Source of the DNA: Podarcis erhardii
Taxonomy: Eukaryota
Length of the DNA stretch: 64,000 nucleotides
Assembly (NCBI GenBank): GCA_964252035.1
Contig: OZ176208.1
Reading direction: 5' to 3' (one strand)
A model generated the notes under the pieces. It had not been told where the DNA came from. It was given only the letters and a program-made list of their open reading frames with translations, and did not search any database. Both the position numbers and the translations under genes were made by a program. Shown piece by piece: positions 12,681 through 26,248 of this stretch. How positions within the stretch are numbered: the stretch's first letter is position 1; every line of letters begins with the position of its first letter.

Positions 12681-14381
12681 GTGAGACTAAAGGAATTCAG
12701 AGCACACTTTTGAGATGAGTATGTCTTTGTGAACTGTAACCGCAACTCTGCGCTTGCATTTAGTTAGGCCTGGTTCTCAGTTACCTTGTAGTACAGTTCC
12801 CACTGTCCATGATGCCCTGGTAATGTTAAATCTGGGGATATTGTCACTTTTACTGTGATTTTTGACCCCCCCCCCAAAGACTAAATACAATTTCTAACAT
12901 AACACCAAATAGTGCTGACTTTCGGCACACATATTACCAGATAGGCAGTTTTAAGGAATTCTGGTCACCATCTTGACCGAGGAAATCTGTTCATAAATTA
13001 ATTTCTTGCTGAAATTCAACCGTATAATAATTTAGTATTGTTCAGATAAGGACTTAATAAGAAAATATGTTGATTGTTGTAAAAAGAAACAGGACTCTGA
13101 CTCACCACCCACAGTTACTGAGATGGGTGCACAGTCTTATTTGACTCAGAGAGAACCAGATAATGGCCAGATGTGTTTCATAGGAAATGGAAATATTTTC
13201 AGAATTACTGGAATAAGTATTATGAAAGCTGCCAAGTATCACAAATGTTTTGTATGTATATATCTCTCTCTCAACCTAACCCAACTCACAAGGTTGTTAA
13301 GGATAAAGTGAGAGAACCACTATGTATACTCCAAGCTTATTGCAAGAAAGGTAGGATATAGGAACGAAAATGATAATGAGCTGGTCTCCCAGTCACTTTA
13401 TTAGTGAATACCAATAAAAAAATAATAATTCCAGTCCTGAATTTGATCTAACCTATTTGTTAAAACTCAAGCTCTGTGATCAGCAACTATATATGTAGGT
13501 CCAAAAGGGAGCCACTGTTTAAAGCAGTTGAATATAAATTGGAACCAGAGAAGAAATTCACTTGTAATTTATTCCAGATGCCACAAGGAGGTGTTCATAA
13601 GACTGGTGTCTTGTATTTCAGAGTACTACCCACTTCCAAATTTGGTTTCAGTTTTCAAAAGTTTTAGCATTCCACATCATTCTCAAAATGGCTTAATCAT
13701 GAATTAGGTAGCTTCTAACATGCTTTAAGCAGCCTTTTGTTCACAAAATTGGGTTGCTTAAAGTGCAAGAAATGGCTTTCTCTCTGTGCACAAGGTGGTT
13801 GGTTGGTTGGTTGGTTGGCATCCGTCTGTCTTGGGAGACAATGGAAGCTTTCTTACAATTGTGTATTCATCATCATGTTTCCTATGTAATTATCTGGCTT
13901 ACATACATGGAATTGTAACATTTGAATGCTGTATCCTCTGGGAAGAAAGTCCGGAAAGTGTTGGTTTTTCTATCATCCTGATTACATGAAGGTAGCTAGA
14001 AGCAGTCAGATAGAAACTGAAGTAAAGTTAGTAACATACCAAACGCTACCTCTTGTTGAACTGGAATTTGAATCCAGATCTTCCAAACCTGTAGGCAACA
14101 ACAACCCATCTATGGGTACTGTACCAAAACACATTAAGTTCCCCATTGGCATCTGTTCTTAGAATGGAGTTTGGGGTAGAGCAAACTCAAAACAAGGAAA
14201 AACCTCCCCCCCCACACACAACTGACCTCAACAACATATTTTATAAAAGGCAGGAAAAACTGCTCTGACCTCCCAGCTGTTAGTTGGCCACTCCTAAGTT
14301 TAGAGGTACAGCTTTGAATGACAAAAGTGTATTTTATTAACTGCTAACAGGTGTTTTCCCCCTTCATTTCCTGCCTACCAG

Positions 14382-14610
14382 GTGATATTCTGCTCAATGT
14401 TAATGGAATTGATCTGACAGGTGTGAGCCGTGGAGAGGCTGTAGCCCTTTTGAAAAACATCTCCTCATCTGTTGTCCTCAAAGCATTAGAAATGAAAGAC
14501 TGCGAGACCTTGGAGGATGGCGATGACCTCTCATTGCTCGATGCCAGTTTGAACTCGTCTAGCCCAAGCGAATGGTCTCCTTCCTGGGTGATGTGGCTTG
14601 AGGTCCCACG
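14382..14610 (+). CDS. LNX1: LNX1 exon, second half of PDZ3 and linker, 229 nt, phase 1-2
   Basis: ctaccag|GT GAT..CG|gtaagt; [25 protein letters not shown]...[12 protein letters not shown]. Confidence 0.96.
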
Positions 14611-14766
14611 GTAAGTCCTAGGAGTGTTTCCATGTGATTATGGAGGAAAGGGTCTATGGCAGGGATAGGGGATCTGTGGCCCTTCCGATGTTCATGGATT
14701 CTTAATTCCCATCAGCTCCATCTGGCATGTCTAGTGGCCAGCACTGATTGGACGTGTAGTCCAGTA

Positions 14767-15137
14767 AAGGTAAAAGGTAAAGGACCCCTGGACGGTTAAG
14801 TCCAGTCAAAGGCGACTATGGGGTTGCAGCGCTCATCTTACTTTTAGGCGTTTGTCCACAGACAGCTTTCCAGCTCGTGTGGCTAGCATGACTAAACCGC
14901 TTCTGGTGCAACGGAACACCGTGATGGAAACCAGAGTGCACTGAAACGCTGTTTACCTTCCTATCACAGTGCTACCTATTTATCTAATTGCACTGGTGTG
15001 CTTTCAAACTGCTAGGTTGGCAAGAGCTGTGACAGAGCAACAGGAGCTCATCCTGTTGCGGGGATTTGAACCGCCAACCTTCTGACCAGCAAGCCCAAGA
15101 GGCTCAGGTGTTTAGACCACAGCACCACCCGCATCCC
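14767..15137 (-). mobile_element. Sauria SINE, full length, inserted in a hAT-like MITE
   Basis: (ACCTTT)-type tail, tRNA-like head; 9-bp TSD agtccagta at 14758-14766 and 15140-15148. Confidence 0.92.
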
Positions 15138-15982
15138 AAAGTCCAGTAGCATCACTTGGAGGGTCACAGATTCACTATTGATGGCTTTGGGGTGCTTACC
15201 TGGCTCTTTCCCCTGAGCTGATGTATTGCATTGACACCTGAATTAATTCCAGACTTGGAAAGGAGAGAAAGGACTGTATTTAAGGGAGCAGAAAAGATCC
15301 TGAGCAGGCCCATTTCTGAAAATATGTCTGGCTGTCAAAGTAGCAAGGGAAACCCTGCAGAGATCGCATCTATGCTCTGAGAATACAGGATCTTGAACGC
15401 CAGACCACCCTGCGTCCTCCCAGACAGTCCCTGCAGCTTGCAGACTGCACAGACACCGTTTCAGTTATATGCCATTTTAAATTGTTTGACTTTGCCCAGA
15501 TGTTCAAAAACTGTGTACGCGCTCATGGGCTGAAATTATCCAAACCCCTTCCCCCTCAAAAAAAGAAGAAAAGAAAACATTTACCTCTCTAATGGGCCGG
15601 AAGCAGCTGTGTTGCAATTTTTAGTAAAACCACAGAGTGCGTACTTTGTCACCCACTCACACAGCACATTTTAATGACTCCGTGGGGCATAAATCATTGC
15701 AGCATTCATCTGAACTGGAATTTTAAAAACGAGATCCTATCAGGCTGACACTGAATTAACTCTGCCCTCGAGCTAAATCTTCCCTCCAGCAGCCCATCAG
15801 TGAGAAAATGTTAGTTATATAAGAGACTCCTTTTGCAGCTTTGCACACTCACTTTTTGTTTTAATCTCATCTTCCACTTATCAAAATATATGAACTATTT
15901 AGGTTATGTTGTATTAGTTTATCCTCTGCCTAATGGGAATGTATATCACACATACAGCAGTAATATGTTATTAGATGCATAA

Positions 15983-16322
15983 AAAGGTAAAGGGATCCCT
16001 GACCATTAGGTCCAGTCATGACCGACTCTGAGGTTGCGGCGCTCATCTCACTTTATTGGCCGAGGGAGCTGGCTTACAGCTTCTGGGTCACGTGGCCAGC
16101 ATGACTAAGCCACTTCTGGCGAACCAGAGCAGCGCCCGGAAATGCCGTTTACCTTCCCGCCCGAGCAGTACCTATTTATCTACTTGCACTTTGACATGCT
16201 AGGTTGGCAGGAGCAGGGACCGAGCAACGGGAGCTCACCCCGTCATGGGGATTTGAACTGCCGACCTTCTGATCGGCAAGTCCTAGGCTCTGTGATTTAA
16301 CCCACAGCGCCACCCGCATCCC
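15983..16322 (-). mobile_element. Sauria SINE, full length, young
   Basis: 14-bp TSD tattagatgcataa at 15969-15982 and 16323-16336; A and B boxes recognisable. Confidence 0.95.
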
Positions 16323-18471
16323 TATTAGATGCATAACACTACTCAAATGAGCAGCTCTGTAATGGCAGACACAAATCATTGAGAGAGATTTGCCCATCTT
16401 CTGTAGTGTGCAGCTGGAAGTGTCGTGGGATGTGTTCTAGATTTCCCCTTGCACAATGGTAAGGTGCAACAGGCCTGACCAGAGTCTGCATGAACTGAAT
16501 GTAGTACTCTCAGAGCCACTTTATCACAGCACACTGGGGGTGCTGTGATGGATGCTGAAGAATTCTGCAGCAGGCAAGTCAATATTCACTAAAGAGAGAA
16601 GATTTGAAAACCACTGTGTTAGGTGATGATTGGGCTTTGTTGAAGATGCTTCTAAAGTAGGCTTCCTCAATGTAAAATAAATAAATAATTGTGTCTATTC
16701 AAGAACTCCCTGCAGAATTTCCAAACACTCATTGCTTTAGGGACTTCCCCATTTCTTTGTGAGAACAAGGAACCACCCTAGCCCATAAAAAATGGGGAGG
16801 AGGGATAGAATAATGCCTGCATCGTTCCATCTAAATTGCTTCCCGGAATCCTATTTGTAGGGTGGAGTTGGCACTGGACTTTTGAGCCTAGGGATAGGCA
16901 GATCAGTCTCTTGCCAGTCCATCTCAGTTTACATATGTTTATTCATAAGCCCTGTTTCCACTTCAATCTGTGACTTAAAAAAACAACAACGCCTCACCCC
17001 AAACTATTTTTAATGTGTGTTTTTTTTCAAGAAAACAAACCATTTTGGAACTTTTTTTTTTACCTGCATCACAAAAACCGAGTGAGCGCAAAAACAGAAG
17101 GATAGCTGCATCCTAGCTGACACAACAGTACAGAGAGCGCGAATTGGGTTGCAGCGCTTGAAAGTATGGAGCAAATGAAATCCTTGAGGGTCCCTAGTTG
17201 TAGGTGGCGCCTGAGACTTCTACTCTGAAAGTCTGGTGGGCTGCTTCCAGATCACTTGGCAACCAAGAGGAGAGAAATGGACTGGGTGGGGAGGAGAAAC
17301 AGAAATGGAACAAGCATTAAAACTGCAGTGAATGGAGGACAGTTTGCAAGGAGATGAGAGTGGAGAGAATGGGGGAGGGGGAATAAGAATTGGAAGACTT
17401 CTTGACACACCAACAGATAAAGGAGGTAACTAAAAGATGATGGTGTAGAACCAACAAGGAGAATAGATTATGCCCTGGTGCAGAGAGACAATTGCTATGG
17501 AGTAGAGAAGGGGTGGGGTATCATGAGCACAGTAGCCTAAGGTGGCTTCTTTGACCCTCAGGGTTCTCCTCAAGGCCCACCTCCACATCTTCAAGGTCTT
17601 TTGCCTGCCTGGAAGGTGCCCTTGAACTGTACCAAGTCCTCTTGCATTTTGTGCTGAACCCTCTGTTTGTTTGAATGGCTGGACTGCAGCCTACTGTACA
17701 AAGGCCATATCTGTTTCCACGCTCATCGTTGGCAACTGGCCCCCAGAAAGTTACCTGCTAGAGAATCTGGACCTTGGGCTAAAGAAAATTCCCAACCCTG
17801 GAGCAGAGAGAAAGGGATAGAAGATGACCAGGGAGAGATTTAGAGAGGCCTGTCATGGTACAGAGAAGCCATGGGGCACATGAGAGGAAAAACAAACAAA
17901 CAACTTAACAGGATGGGTTTTTAAAAAGCCCTGAGCTGAAACTGTAACAAACATGTTTTTCTCCGGCTAGCATAGCAACGAGTCCTCTTAGGTCAGTAAA
18001 AGGAGAAAAGTGGTCCTTGGGAGTTTCTTTGAGCCCCTGTTCTTAGAGATGCTGATGCAATAAGCCTGGCATGCGGGGCTTCTTTCCAGCCAGAAATCAC
18101 CGGAACTCAGTTCCAGTACCTCTCAGGCAGGTGCCATTGCCATTCTAAGAGAACAGGAGAGGCTAGCCAATGATGAAATGGGCTAGTATCCCCTTTACCG
18201 CATAAGGAAGCAGCTCCCATGAGCAGCTTTCTGTGAAATCTTAAAAGATGGGTCATTGCAAATTTAATAAACAATAATTATTATTATTATTGGTGGGAAA
18301 GCAGGGTTCTTACGGTTTTAAACAGTTGCATGACAGACAATGACTCCCTGCCACTGCCCTTCTGAGATAGGGAAAGCTTCACCTGCTGAATTTCTGCACG
18401 CCACCGTTCAGCTTTTGAAGGCACATGAAGATGGCAGTTAAAAGGTGTCAGCCCTGTAAATGAGGCATGGT

Positions 18472-18753
18472 AATCCCTGCGACGGGGTGAGCTCCCGTTG
18501 CTCGGTCCCTGCTCCTGCCAACCTAGCAATTCGAAAGCACATCAAAGTGCAAGTAGATAAATAGGTACCGCTCTGGCGGGAAGGTAAACGGTGTTTCTGT
18601 GCGCTGCTCTGGTTCGCCAGAAGCGGCTTAGTCATGCTGGCCACATGACCCAGAAGCTGTACACCGGCTCCCTCGGCCAGTAAAGTGAGATGAGCGCCGC
18701 AACCTGAGTCGTCCGCGACTGAACCTTATGGTCATGGCTCCCCTTTACCTTTA
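18472..18753 (+). mobile_element. Sauria SINE, 5'-truncated
   Basis: gtgagctcccgttgctcggtccctgctcctgccaacctagc...cctttaccttt. Confidence 0.92.
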
Positions 18754-19666
18754 ACCCCCTAGCAGATTCCCTCTGTACCTAAGTGCTAAAAGAAATGCCA
18801 TGCTTTTGCTCACAACACAGAAAACAAAGTTGTTGTTGTTTTTTTAAAAAAAGATCTTGGTGGAAAGGATTTTCTCTATGAAAGTAAGCAGCAGTTTTCA
18901 CCGGGATTCCTTTGCCGTATTCCAAGTCTGTATGCAGCCACTACCGCTTCCCCATCCTTCCCCTTCCCCCCATGGCCTCTTTTACTGAAGGAAAATCGCC
19001 CACAATGTCAGCAGGTCTGCAAACAGGAAATTCATTGTAATCCTATCTCCAGCTGCAGCACCACTTGCAGAAAAGGGCCACAGTGTATACGAACACCAGA
19101 AGGGATTAGTATGCCAAACTGGTACATCGGTCTTCTTAAATTCAGATTATTAAAGGGGAGGGGGCAGTCAGTAGCAAGAGGTGTCTGGACACTGATTATA
19201 ATCAATAGGAACAGAGGTGCGTTTCTTGCTAGTACTTGTTTGGCCAGGCACCCAGGAGTCAAAATGCTTAACAGAGCAGGTTATCAGATACTTTAATCTT
19301 ACCTAAGTGAGTTTATGCTCACCGTCTTATTTCTCCATATTGGACTCTCTGAGCTCAGTGCCTCACATCTGGAAGCCCTTTTTCAGGTCCTGTTACCAGA
19401 GCAGGCATCACATTAATACACATTAACTCATTTCCCCCTTGTCTGAGAATGTAACCTCTCAGTACCAGAGTTCCCATTTGGTACTGGTGAGGGCAACTGC
19501 CCAGCAGTTCTTTTAAGGCAGGTCAGATGGGCCTCAAGGATATTTTCCCAAAAACCTTCCTGCAGTTATCAAGCTGTCTTGAGGGACCGCGTGGGTGGGA
19601 AATAATGATCCTGGATGCAGTATGTTTTAGGCTCGTTGCTGGGAGTGCAGATGACCAAGAAATCAT

Positions 19667-19687
19667 TTGTTGTTGTTGTTGTTGTTG
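19667..19687. repeat. (TTG)7 microsatellite
   Basis: Seen directly. Confidence 0.9.
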
Positions 19688-21903
19688 TTTTAAGGTATTA
19701 ATTGCATTTTGGAAACCGTACTTAAAGCAGCATGCGCAGCTTCTTGAAAACCATAATAAATCACTGCAGAAATAGTAGGAGAGTTGGAGGAGGGAGAGCG
19801 AGGGAAGGGGTGAACAGGAAGGAGGAGGAGGACGGGAGGCAAGAAGGGGAGAGCAGGGGGCAGTGAAGACAAAGTTGAAAGAATATATTTTGGAGTGGAG
19901 AGCAAAGTTGCCATTGGCTGATATCTTATGGCCAATGAGAGCAGCCTTATCCTTCGGCAGATACCAAGGCAAGTGTAGCAGAAAGGGGAGGCCTCGCTCT
20001 TTAGGCTGTATATACACTTCCATTTCCCTTAAATCCAGCACTATTGCTCTGCTGTTTGTGAAGCCCCGGGCACACAGGGTTAGCCACAATCCATCCTGTA
20101 GTTTGTTGAGAAATGCTGCGTTTTGATGTGTTTTCCCTCAAACCATCTACCACCGGGTGTGAAAACATAGGCTGTACGAGGATACCCACACCCCATCCAT
20201 CTACCGGTGCCGATGCAACTTTGGAAACGCATCAAATTATGCTGATGTGTACAATGCAAATGCAATTTGAAATGCAGTGCATGAATGTCTATGTTGGGGG
20301 AACAACCTTGCTGCATTTTAAGCCAGTAAAAGGTACACAACGTGGTGCAAATGGGAGTTGCAGCAACTGAATTGAGCAGGGCGAACTACTTCACTGCGTG
20401 TGCTGTGCTTACCGTTCAAGCATTACAAAGAAACCGCTAAGGGTCTACTTTAAATCTTATCAGTAATAAGAGTAGAAGTAATTGGGGGGTTGCTATCGTA
20501 TGCATTTCCTGATCATTCTCTTTGGTATTTATAGGTAGATAGCCACCTAAAATTAGTATTTAAGGTTATTCACATATTTTCAGACCCTGGGTTCCTTTGT
20601 TCTTTTCCTGTCCACTCTGCATTCAGTAGTCCTTTGCTCCTTCCTCTCAAGTTTCCAGAAAAATAAACTTCAGTCTGTAGTTCTGACTGATGAGTTTTAG
20701 CAAGCATGTCTGTTTCATAACAGCATTTATTTTACTCATAATGCAGGGAGGGCAGGCAGTTGTTGCTCATGCACTGCTAGAGCATCTAAATGATGACTCA
20801 CCAAAGACCAATTTAGAAATTTTTTGCTTTTTTTTTTGTTTGTTTACTACTTCTGGCTGCCTTCACTGTGGCAAGCAGATCAGATGGGTGTGGGCTCTGC
20901 TTGTCTGTGCATTGATAAACTTTGTTCCTCGATTCGTTTTGGAAAGACAGCGCTAGCACCTTTTTTTGTGCACTGTTCAGTTTGGCACCAACAGAAACAC
21001 ATAATGAATCACAATCGACAGTTTTCTTAGGGCTTTTCATATAGCTGTTGCTAATGGACAAGTCCATAGGGTTCACTGCCCCTAACTTCCAACTAGTGGT
21101 AACCTCAAATATTCAGAATCAGTCAGATGCTTTGGAACGTGTGGAATTGAAAGCCCCAAAAGTTTGCAGCTAGAGATGCAGCAAGCTCATGTGGCCAGCT
21201 TCAAAAAATTACTTTGAAAACAACTGATTCTGAGCCCAACTGTCATGTCATAATTCCCAGTGATGGCAATAGCAGTGCAACCCTCAAACATCCCTTCTGC
21301 ATTTTGCAACAAGGAATGGATTCGGGTGTAAGGATTTTGCTTCTTCTCCAGGTCAGTTTAAAATCCAGGAGCAACTTTTAGGGTCATAAGTCTTGTCAAG
21401 CTCCATAATTCTACCTGGGGAAATAGAAGCATTTTGCACATAGATCCTACATGTTTCTAATCCATTGTTCACCAGGGGAGATGTTTTTCAGTTTGATACC
21501 TCTCGTGTGCTGCTTGCTGTTGAGTTTTATTTTCTTAGGCTTGTCTAACAAGTCCTATTTTCTCCAGCATTGCATCCCAACAGTTTACAGTAGTTTTCCA
21601 AATGGTTCTGGCCTTGGGAGCTTCACAAGCTAAGTAATGAAATGATCAGGTAAATAAAAGAGGGTCAAATGACATAAATAGCTTTAGAGACGATACTCCT
21701 CTTTAAAAAGCACTCATTTCAGGGCAGTTGCCTAATGCACTTACACATACGTTACATACACTCAGGAAGTCTGATAGGTTTTGCGTTTGTAAGTCTGATC
21801 TGTAACAAAACACATCTACCCCCCCCAGCCCTCCCCATCTTTTAATACAGCTTGTTTCACTGTTTGGTTGAGCCACTCACCTGCATCACATGTTTTTCTG
21901 GTA

Positions 21904-22136
21904 CAGTCATACCTTGGATCTCAAACACCTTGGCTCCCGACGATCCAAACCCGGAAGTGAGTGTTCCAGTTTTCAAACTATTTTTGGAAGCCGAACATCT
22001 GACGGGGCTTCTGTGGCTTCTGATTGGCTGCAGGAACTTTCTGCAGCCAATCAGAAGCTGTGCTTTGGTTTCTGAACGTTTTGGAAGTTGAACAGACTTC
22101 CAGAATGGATTCTGTTTGACTTCCAAGGTACAACTG
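21904..22136. mobile_element. Tc1/mariner-type MITE with an internal hairpin
   Basis: TIRs cagtcataccttgg / ccaaggtacaactg, TA flanks. Confidence 0.85.
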
Positions 22137-23513
22137 TAATTCCTTTGGCCAGAGCTGCTGCCTTAACTACTTCAGTTCTTTTCAAAACTGTAAAGCTACC
22201 CTAGCTGTATTCTTGAAAGCCTTGTTCAAACATTTGTTACATTTCTCCCCTGCCTTTCCATGCAACAACCAACAGTTGACAAAAAGGTCAAATCATACAG
22301 TATACATCAGAGAAGATTCCTAATTTTGGTATGTTTGGTATTGTGGAAGCTCAAGACATTATCCAAAGTTTGAGCACCCAGCAAATTGCAAGCTAGTTTG
22401 CAATCTAGTATTTGTTAAGTTTTTGGAATATGGTAGCTCGAGATCTGGAATTGTTCTTAGTCTCATGGTTATAGTGGATTTTATTGCTCTCTAAACCCAC
22501 ACGCTGGCATAGCAGTGTGGCCAAGAGCAACCTGTAAACCAAAAAGTAGTTCCTTCAAGCTCTCCTCTTAGTATGTTCCATATGTTCAAAATGCCTGACT
22601 ATGTAAACTCTTTAAGTAAGAGCATGGAGGAAACCAACCTGCTTAACAGAATGTTGATATGTGACTTAGTGAGTAGCTATCAATAACGGCTAAATTCTGG
22701 TAACATTTGGTCATGACCTTGGAAAGCCCTGTTAAATCTAGTGAGTTTTATGTCTTTATGAGAAATGGGATTCAGGATGCTAAAAGCCCCACACAGATGG
22801 CAAAGCAATAGAGCGAGCCTTATGCACAAGGGCCAAGAGGCTCCTGCTTTTCACATTAGCAGCCAGCTAACTGTTGCACAAACAAGTACCCTGTATCTTG
22901 CCAGCAGGTGAATATTTGTAGTTCCCAAGGGCCTCATCTAGCAGTACCATAAAAACCCTGAAGAACAAGCAAACAAACAAATACCCCCCAAAATGGAAAC
23001 ATCATTTTAAAGGATTGTTTTTAAATACCTCCTCAAAATTAAAGCATATTTTTCTTAGTGCTTGTAAGACAAAGATACTAAAAGGGTGGTTGCTACTTTG
23101 GTGTCTGCGAAAGGCTTTATTGGACCCAACAGCAAGAACAGGGCAGGTCCAATTTGTACAAAACCCTTCTTCAGTCAGAAAAATAAGGTGCTCTATATTA
23201 CATCAAGGTCACTACCCTTATCAATTTTATAATCCGAACTAGGTTTTTAATCCAAACAGGCAGATAAGAACAGTTTCCCCAGAAAATCCCAAGAACGGAA
23301 TATTTATGGGTGAAACTTAGTCTGTACAACACTGCTAAATGTGTGTGTAAAACATCCAAACTGAAACTACAAGTTTGTGCAAACTATACCGATCTGGCAT
23401 ATACATTTCTTTTCAAGTCCAATATGCCAAAAAAAGGTGAATGAGCAGAATATCATCAATAATTTTGATTTAATTGTACAACAGACCATTAAGTAGAATG
23501 ATTTTTTCCTTAG

Positions 23514-23672
23514 GTATTTATACAGCTGCAAAGAAATTGTATTACGAAGAAATACAGCGGGAAGTCTTGGCTTCAGTATCGTGGGGGGTTATGAAGAACA
23601 CAGTGGGAACAAGCCATTCTTTATCAAATCCATTGTTGGAGGGACACCAGCGTATAACGATGGAAGAATCAG
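23514..23672 (+). CDS. LNX1: LNX1 exon, first part of PDZ4, 159 nt, phase 2-2
   Basis: ttccttag|G TAT..ATC AG|gtaatg; [52 protein letters not shown]. Confidence 0.96.
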
Positions 23673-24911
23673 GTAATGAAACCACATTGTTTAGCAGTTA
23701 TTTATAAGCCAATCTTTCCCATCCAGATTATCACAACAGTTCTCAGTTAACTGGGGCTGCTGGTTCATGTATCAGTTTGATGTGCAGTATTAACATACAA
23801 CAGGGTTCTTAAACTTGCATGCTCTCCATGTGGGAATGTGAGGCGGGATTAGGCATATACACTCTGTCCATCAAATCACTTCACTCCTATTTTGTGATGG
23901 ATGGATCAAGCAGGCAGGCAGTGTTTATGTATATTGGCGTTCACATGCATACATGCCTGACCACACAGCACATTTTGTATGTGGGGAAAGGTATGTGAAA
24001 GCTCAGAAATGCAGTCACAACCTCCACAAGTACGTTTTACTCACCTAGCTTGTGAGAATTGACCCCAAATTCTATGCTGCTGAGCAACATATCAAACCAG
24101 CACTTGGGGCACAAGTTTACCAGTGCAAAACTCAACCCCTTAGTTTGAAAGGCTGACCAGGCACAGTAATCAAACTGCTTTCATTTAGTTGCAAGCCACA
24201 AGGCACCATGTGTGGCAGTACTTCTGCTTATACTGGAACAGTTGAGGCAGGGAGAAGGGCATGGTACTAATCTTAAAATACCTTCTTGTCTGCAGAGAAA
24301 GCTGAAGCCTGGAAGGAGTCAAGGGATTATTAAAGATCAAAGTAGGTTTAATTTTATGCCAGTGCAGTAAAATCCATAACAGAAGATAGAGCTATAGGGC
24401 AGGACACATAGAACCATCACTGTTTTCAAAGGCAAAGTAATTCCTAAATAGGAAGAACTGGGAAGAACGGAATGTTCACTTCTGAGTTCAAATTCAAAGA
24501 GTCGTGTGGTTTGCAAATTCTGATTCAATTCCATTGGTGAAATGGAGAACTTTATAAATGCAGGTGTTTGCAAATCAAAATATTAACAAGAAATTAGAAA
24601 AAAATGCAGGGGTATATTTTTACAGAGTATTAAAAACACTAGAAACACAGTCCAAAAGTCTTGCAGACACATGATGTTATAAAAGTCATTGCCTCTGGAA
24701 GTGTCAGACTGAAATCTGAAGCATTTATATAAAACAAGTCTATTCAGCTGGCATTAATTAGCAATACCGTAATTAGCAAAACCTGACTTGACTATTCTCA
24801 TTACTCCTCATATCTGCTACCTTTCTGATAAAAATGAGTAGGGGTGTGCAAGCTATTCCTGCCTTGGAGCTGCTGAAGTGCACTAACCAATTTTATATTG
24901 TCTCCTTCCAG

Positions 24912-25047
24912 GTGTGGTGACATCCTCCTTGCAGTTAATGGTAGGAGTATCTCAGGTATGGTGCATGCCTGTTTGGCGAGGATGCTCAAAGAACTGAAGG
25001 GGAAAATTTCTCTCACCATTGTGTCCTGGCCTGGCACTTTTTTATAA
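24912..25047 (+). CDS. LNX1: LNX1 last coding exon (end of PDZ4, stop TAA at 25045-25047)
   Basis: ctccttccag|G TGT GGT GAC..; [44 protein letters not shown], matching the LNX1 C-terminus. Confidence 0.97.
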
Positions 25048-25574
25048 AGATGTATCGCAACTGGAGAGCGAAAAATTATCTGACACAAAATCAGCCACTT
25101 AATATGGACATTTGTTTACTCCACTGTATACTTGTAAAAGAAAACGTTGTGAAGTATAAATGTGCATAACACAAACAGAATGGTCTGAAGAAAAAAATAA
25201 TGTGTGCTATGTGTTAGAGAAACATGCAGTTTTAAAGTATGGAAGTCTACTGAGATCATAAGTTAGGGTACACATCTTTACTGCGCTGTCTCATGTTTGT
25301 ATTTTTATATCTATTCCAAGCAGCAGTAGAAACATGTTCCACCAACAGTTTATAAACAAGGAAAACCACTTTAGACCCGTAATCTGAAAATATTCTGAAC
25401 TCCTGAATAACTGTTGCAATACTTTTCTATTATGTTGACAGCATCTATTCCGAGACATAGAAAGCAGTCTGATTGAATACATGAAATCCCACTTTGTGAT
25501 CAGTATGAATCAAATATTTTTAAATATTTTGTTTCCCGGTATGTAATAACTGTGAATGAAATTTCATTTTTACC

Positions 25575-25580
25575 ATTAAA
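25575..25580 (+). terminator. Probable LNX1 poly(A) signal (ATTAAA)
   Basis: Recognisable hexamer about 530 nt after the stop codon, in AU-rich context. Confidence 0.5.
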
Positions 25581-26242
25581 ATAACTGTAATTTGTAAAGC
25601 CAGGTTATTTTCATTTTAAAAAAGCACAAAAAATGCATTTCTCCCCAGTGGATCTAATTCATGGCATGAACCGAGTGTTCTGCCCTATTTTACTCAGTTT
25701 TGCTTACAATCTTCTGTGATGGTCAGTCCTGAATCAACATAATAATGAAAAGGAATGAAGGTGTAGCAAGCTACCAGCATAGACAGAGAAGAGGAGGAGA
25801 AATTGCCTGGTTTACCTGGATCAAGTAGCTGAGGGGAAAATTAGTGGAGATCAAAGAGAGCAGGGAAGCATCGCATACAAAGGCTACAGTAGTAGCCAAG
25901 ACTCAGACTTATTTGAAGATCTGGCTGTTTTAAAAATTAAAGAGTTACATAACAGCATCCATCTGAAGAGCCAAAACAAATGTTGGTTCCAATTCATTCT
26001 ACTAGGATCTGTGTATGTTGATCAGATGGGACACCTCATTTGTGGTACAGTCACTTTCTTTACTCTTTGGAAAAAAAACCCCTGCATTACATCTGCACAC
26101 TGCACTTTGACGGAGCTTGTGTAACAGTGCACAACCTCACTATGCAAGCACAATTCTCCATGTATACCTTATGTGTTACCCTCCTTTTTTCTAGTTGCAT
26201 AGGCAAGACAAAACAATGTGTTTTAACATGAAAAATGCTTTT

Positions 26243-26248
26243 TTTATT
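26243..26248 (-). terminator. Probable FIP1L1 poly(A) signal (AATAAA); a second AATAAA lies at 26346-26351
   Basis: About 145 nt after the stop; followed on - by a CA and a GU/U-rich tract TTGTTTTGTCTTG. Confidence 0.65.
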
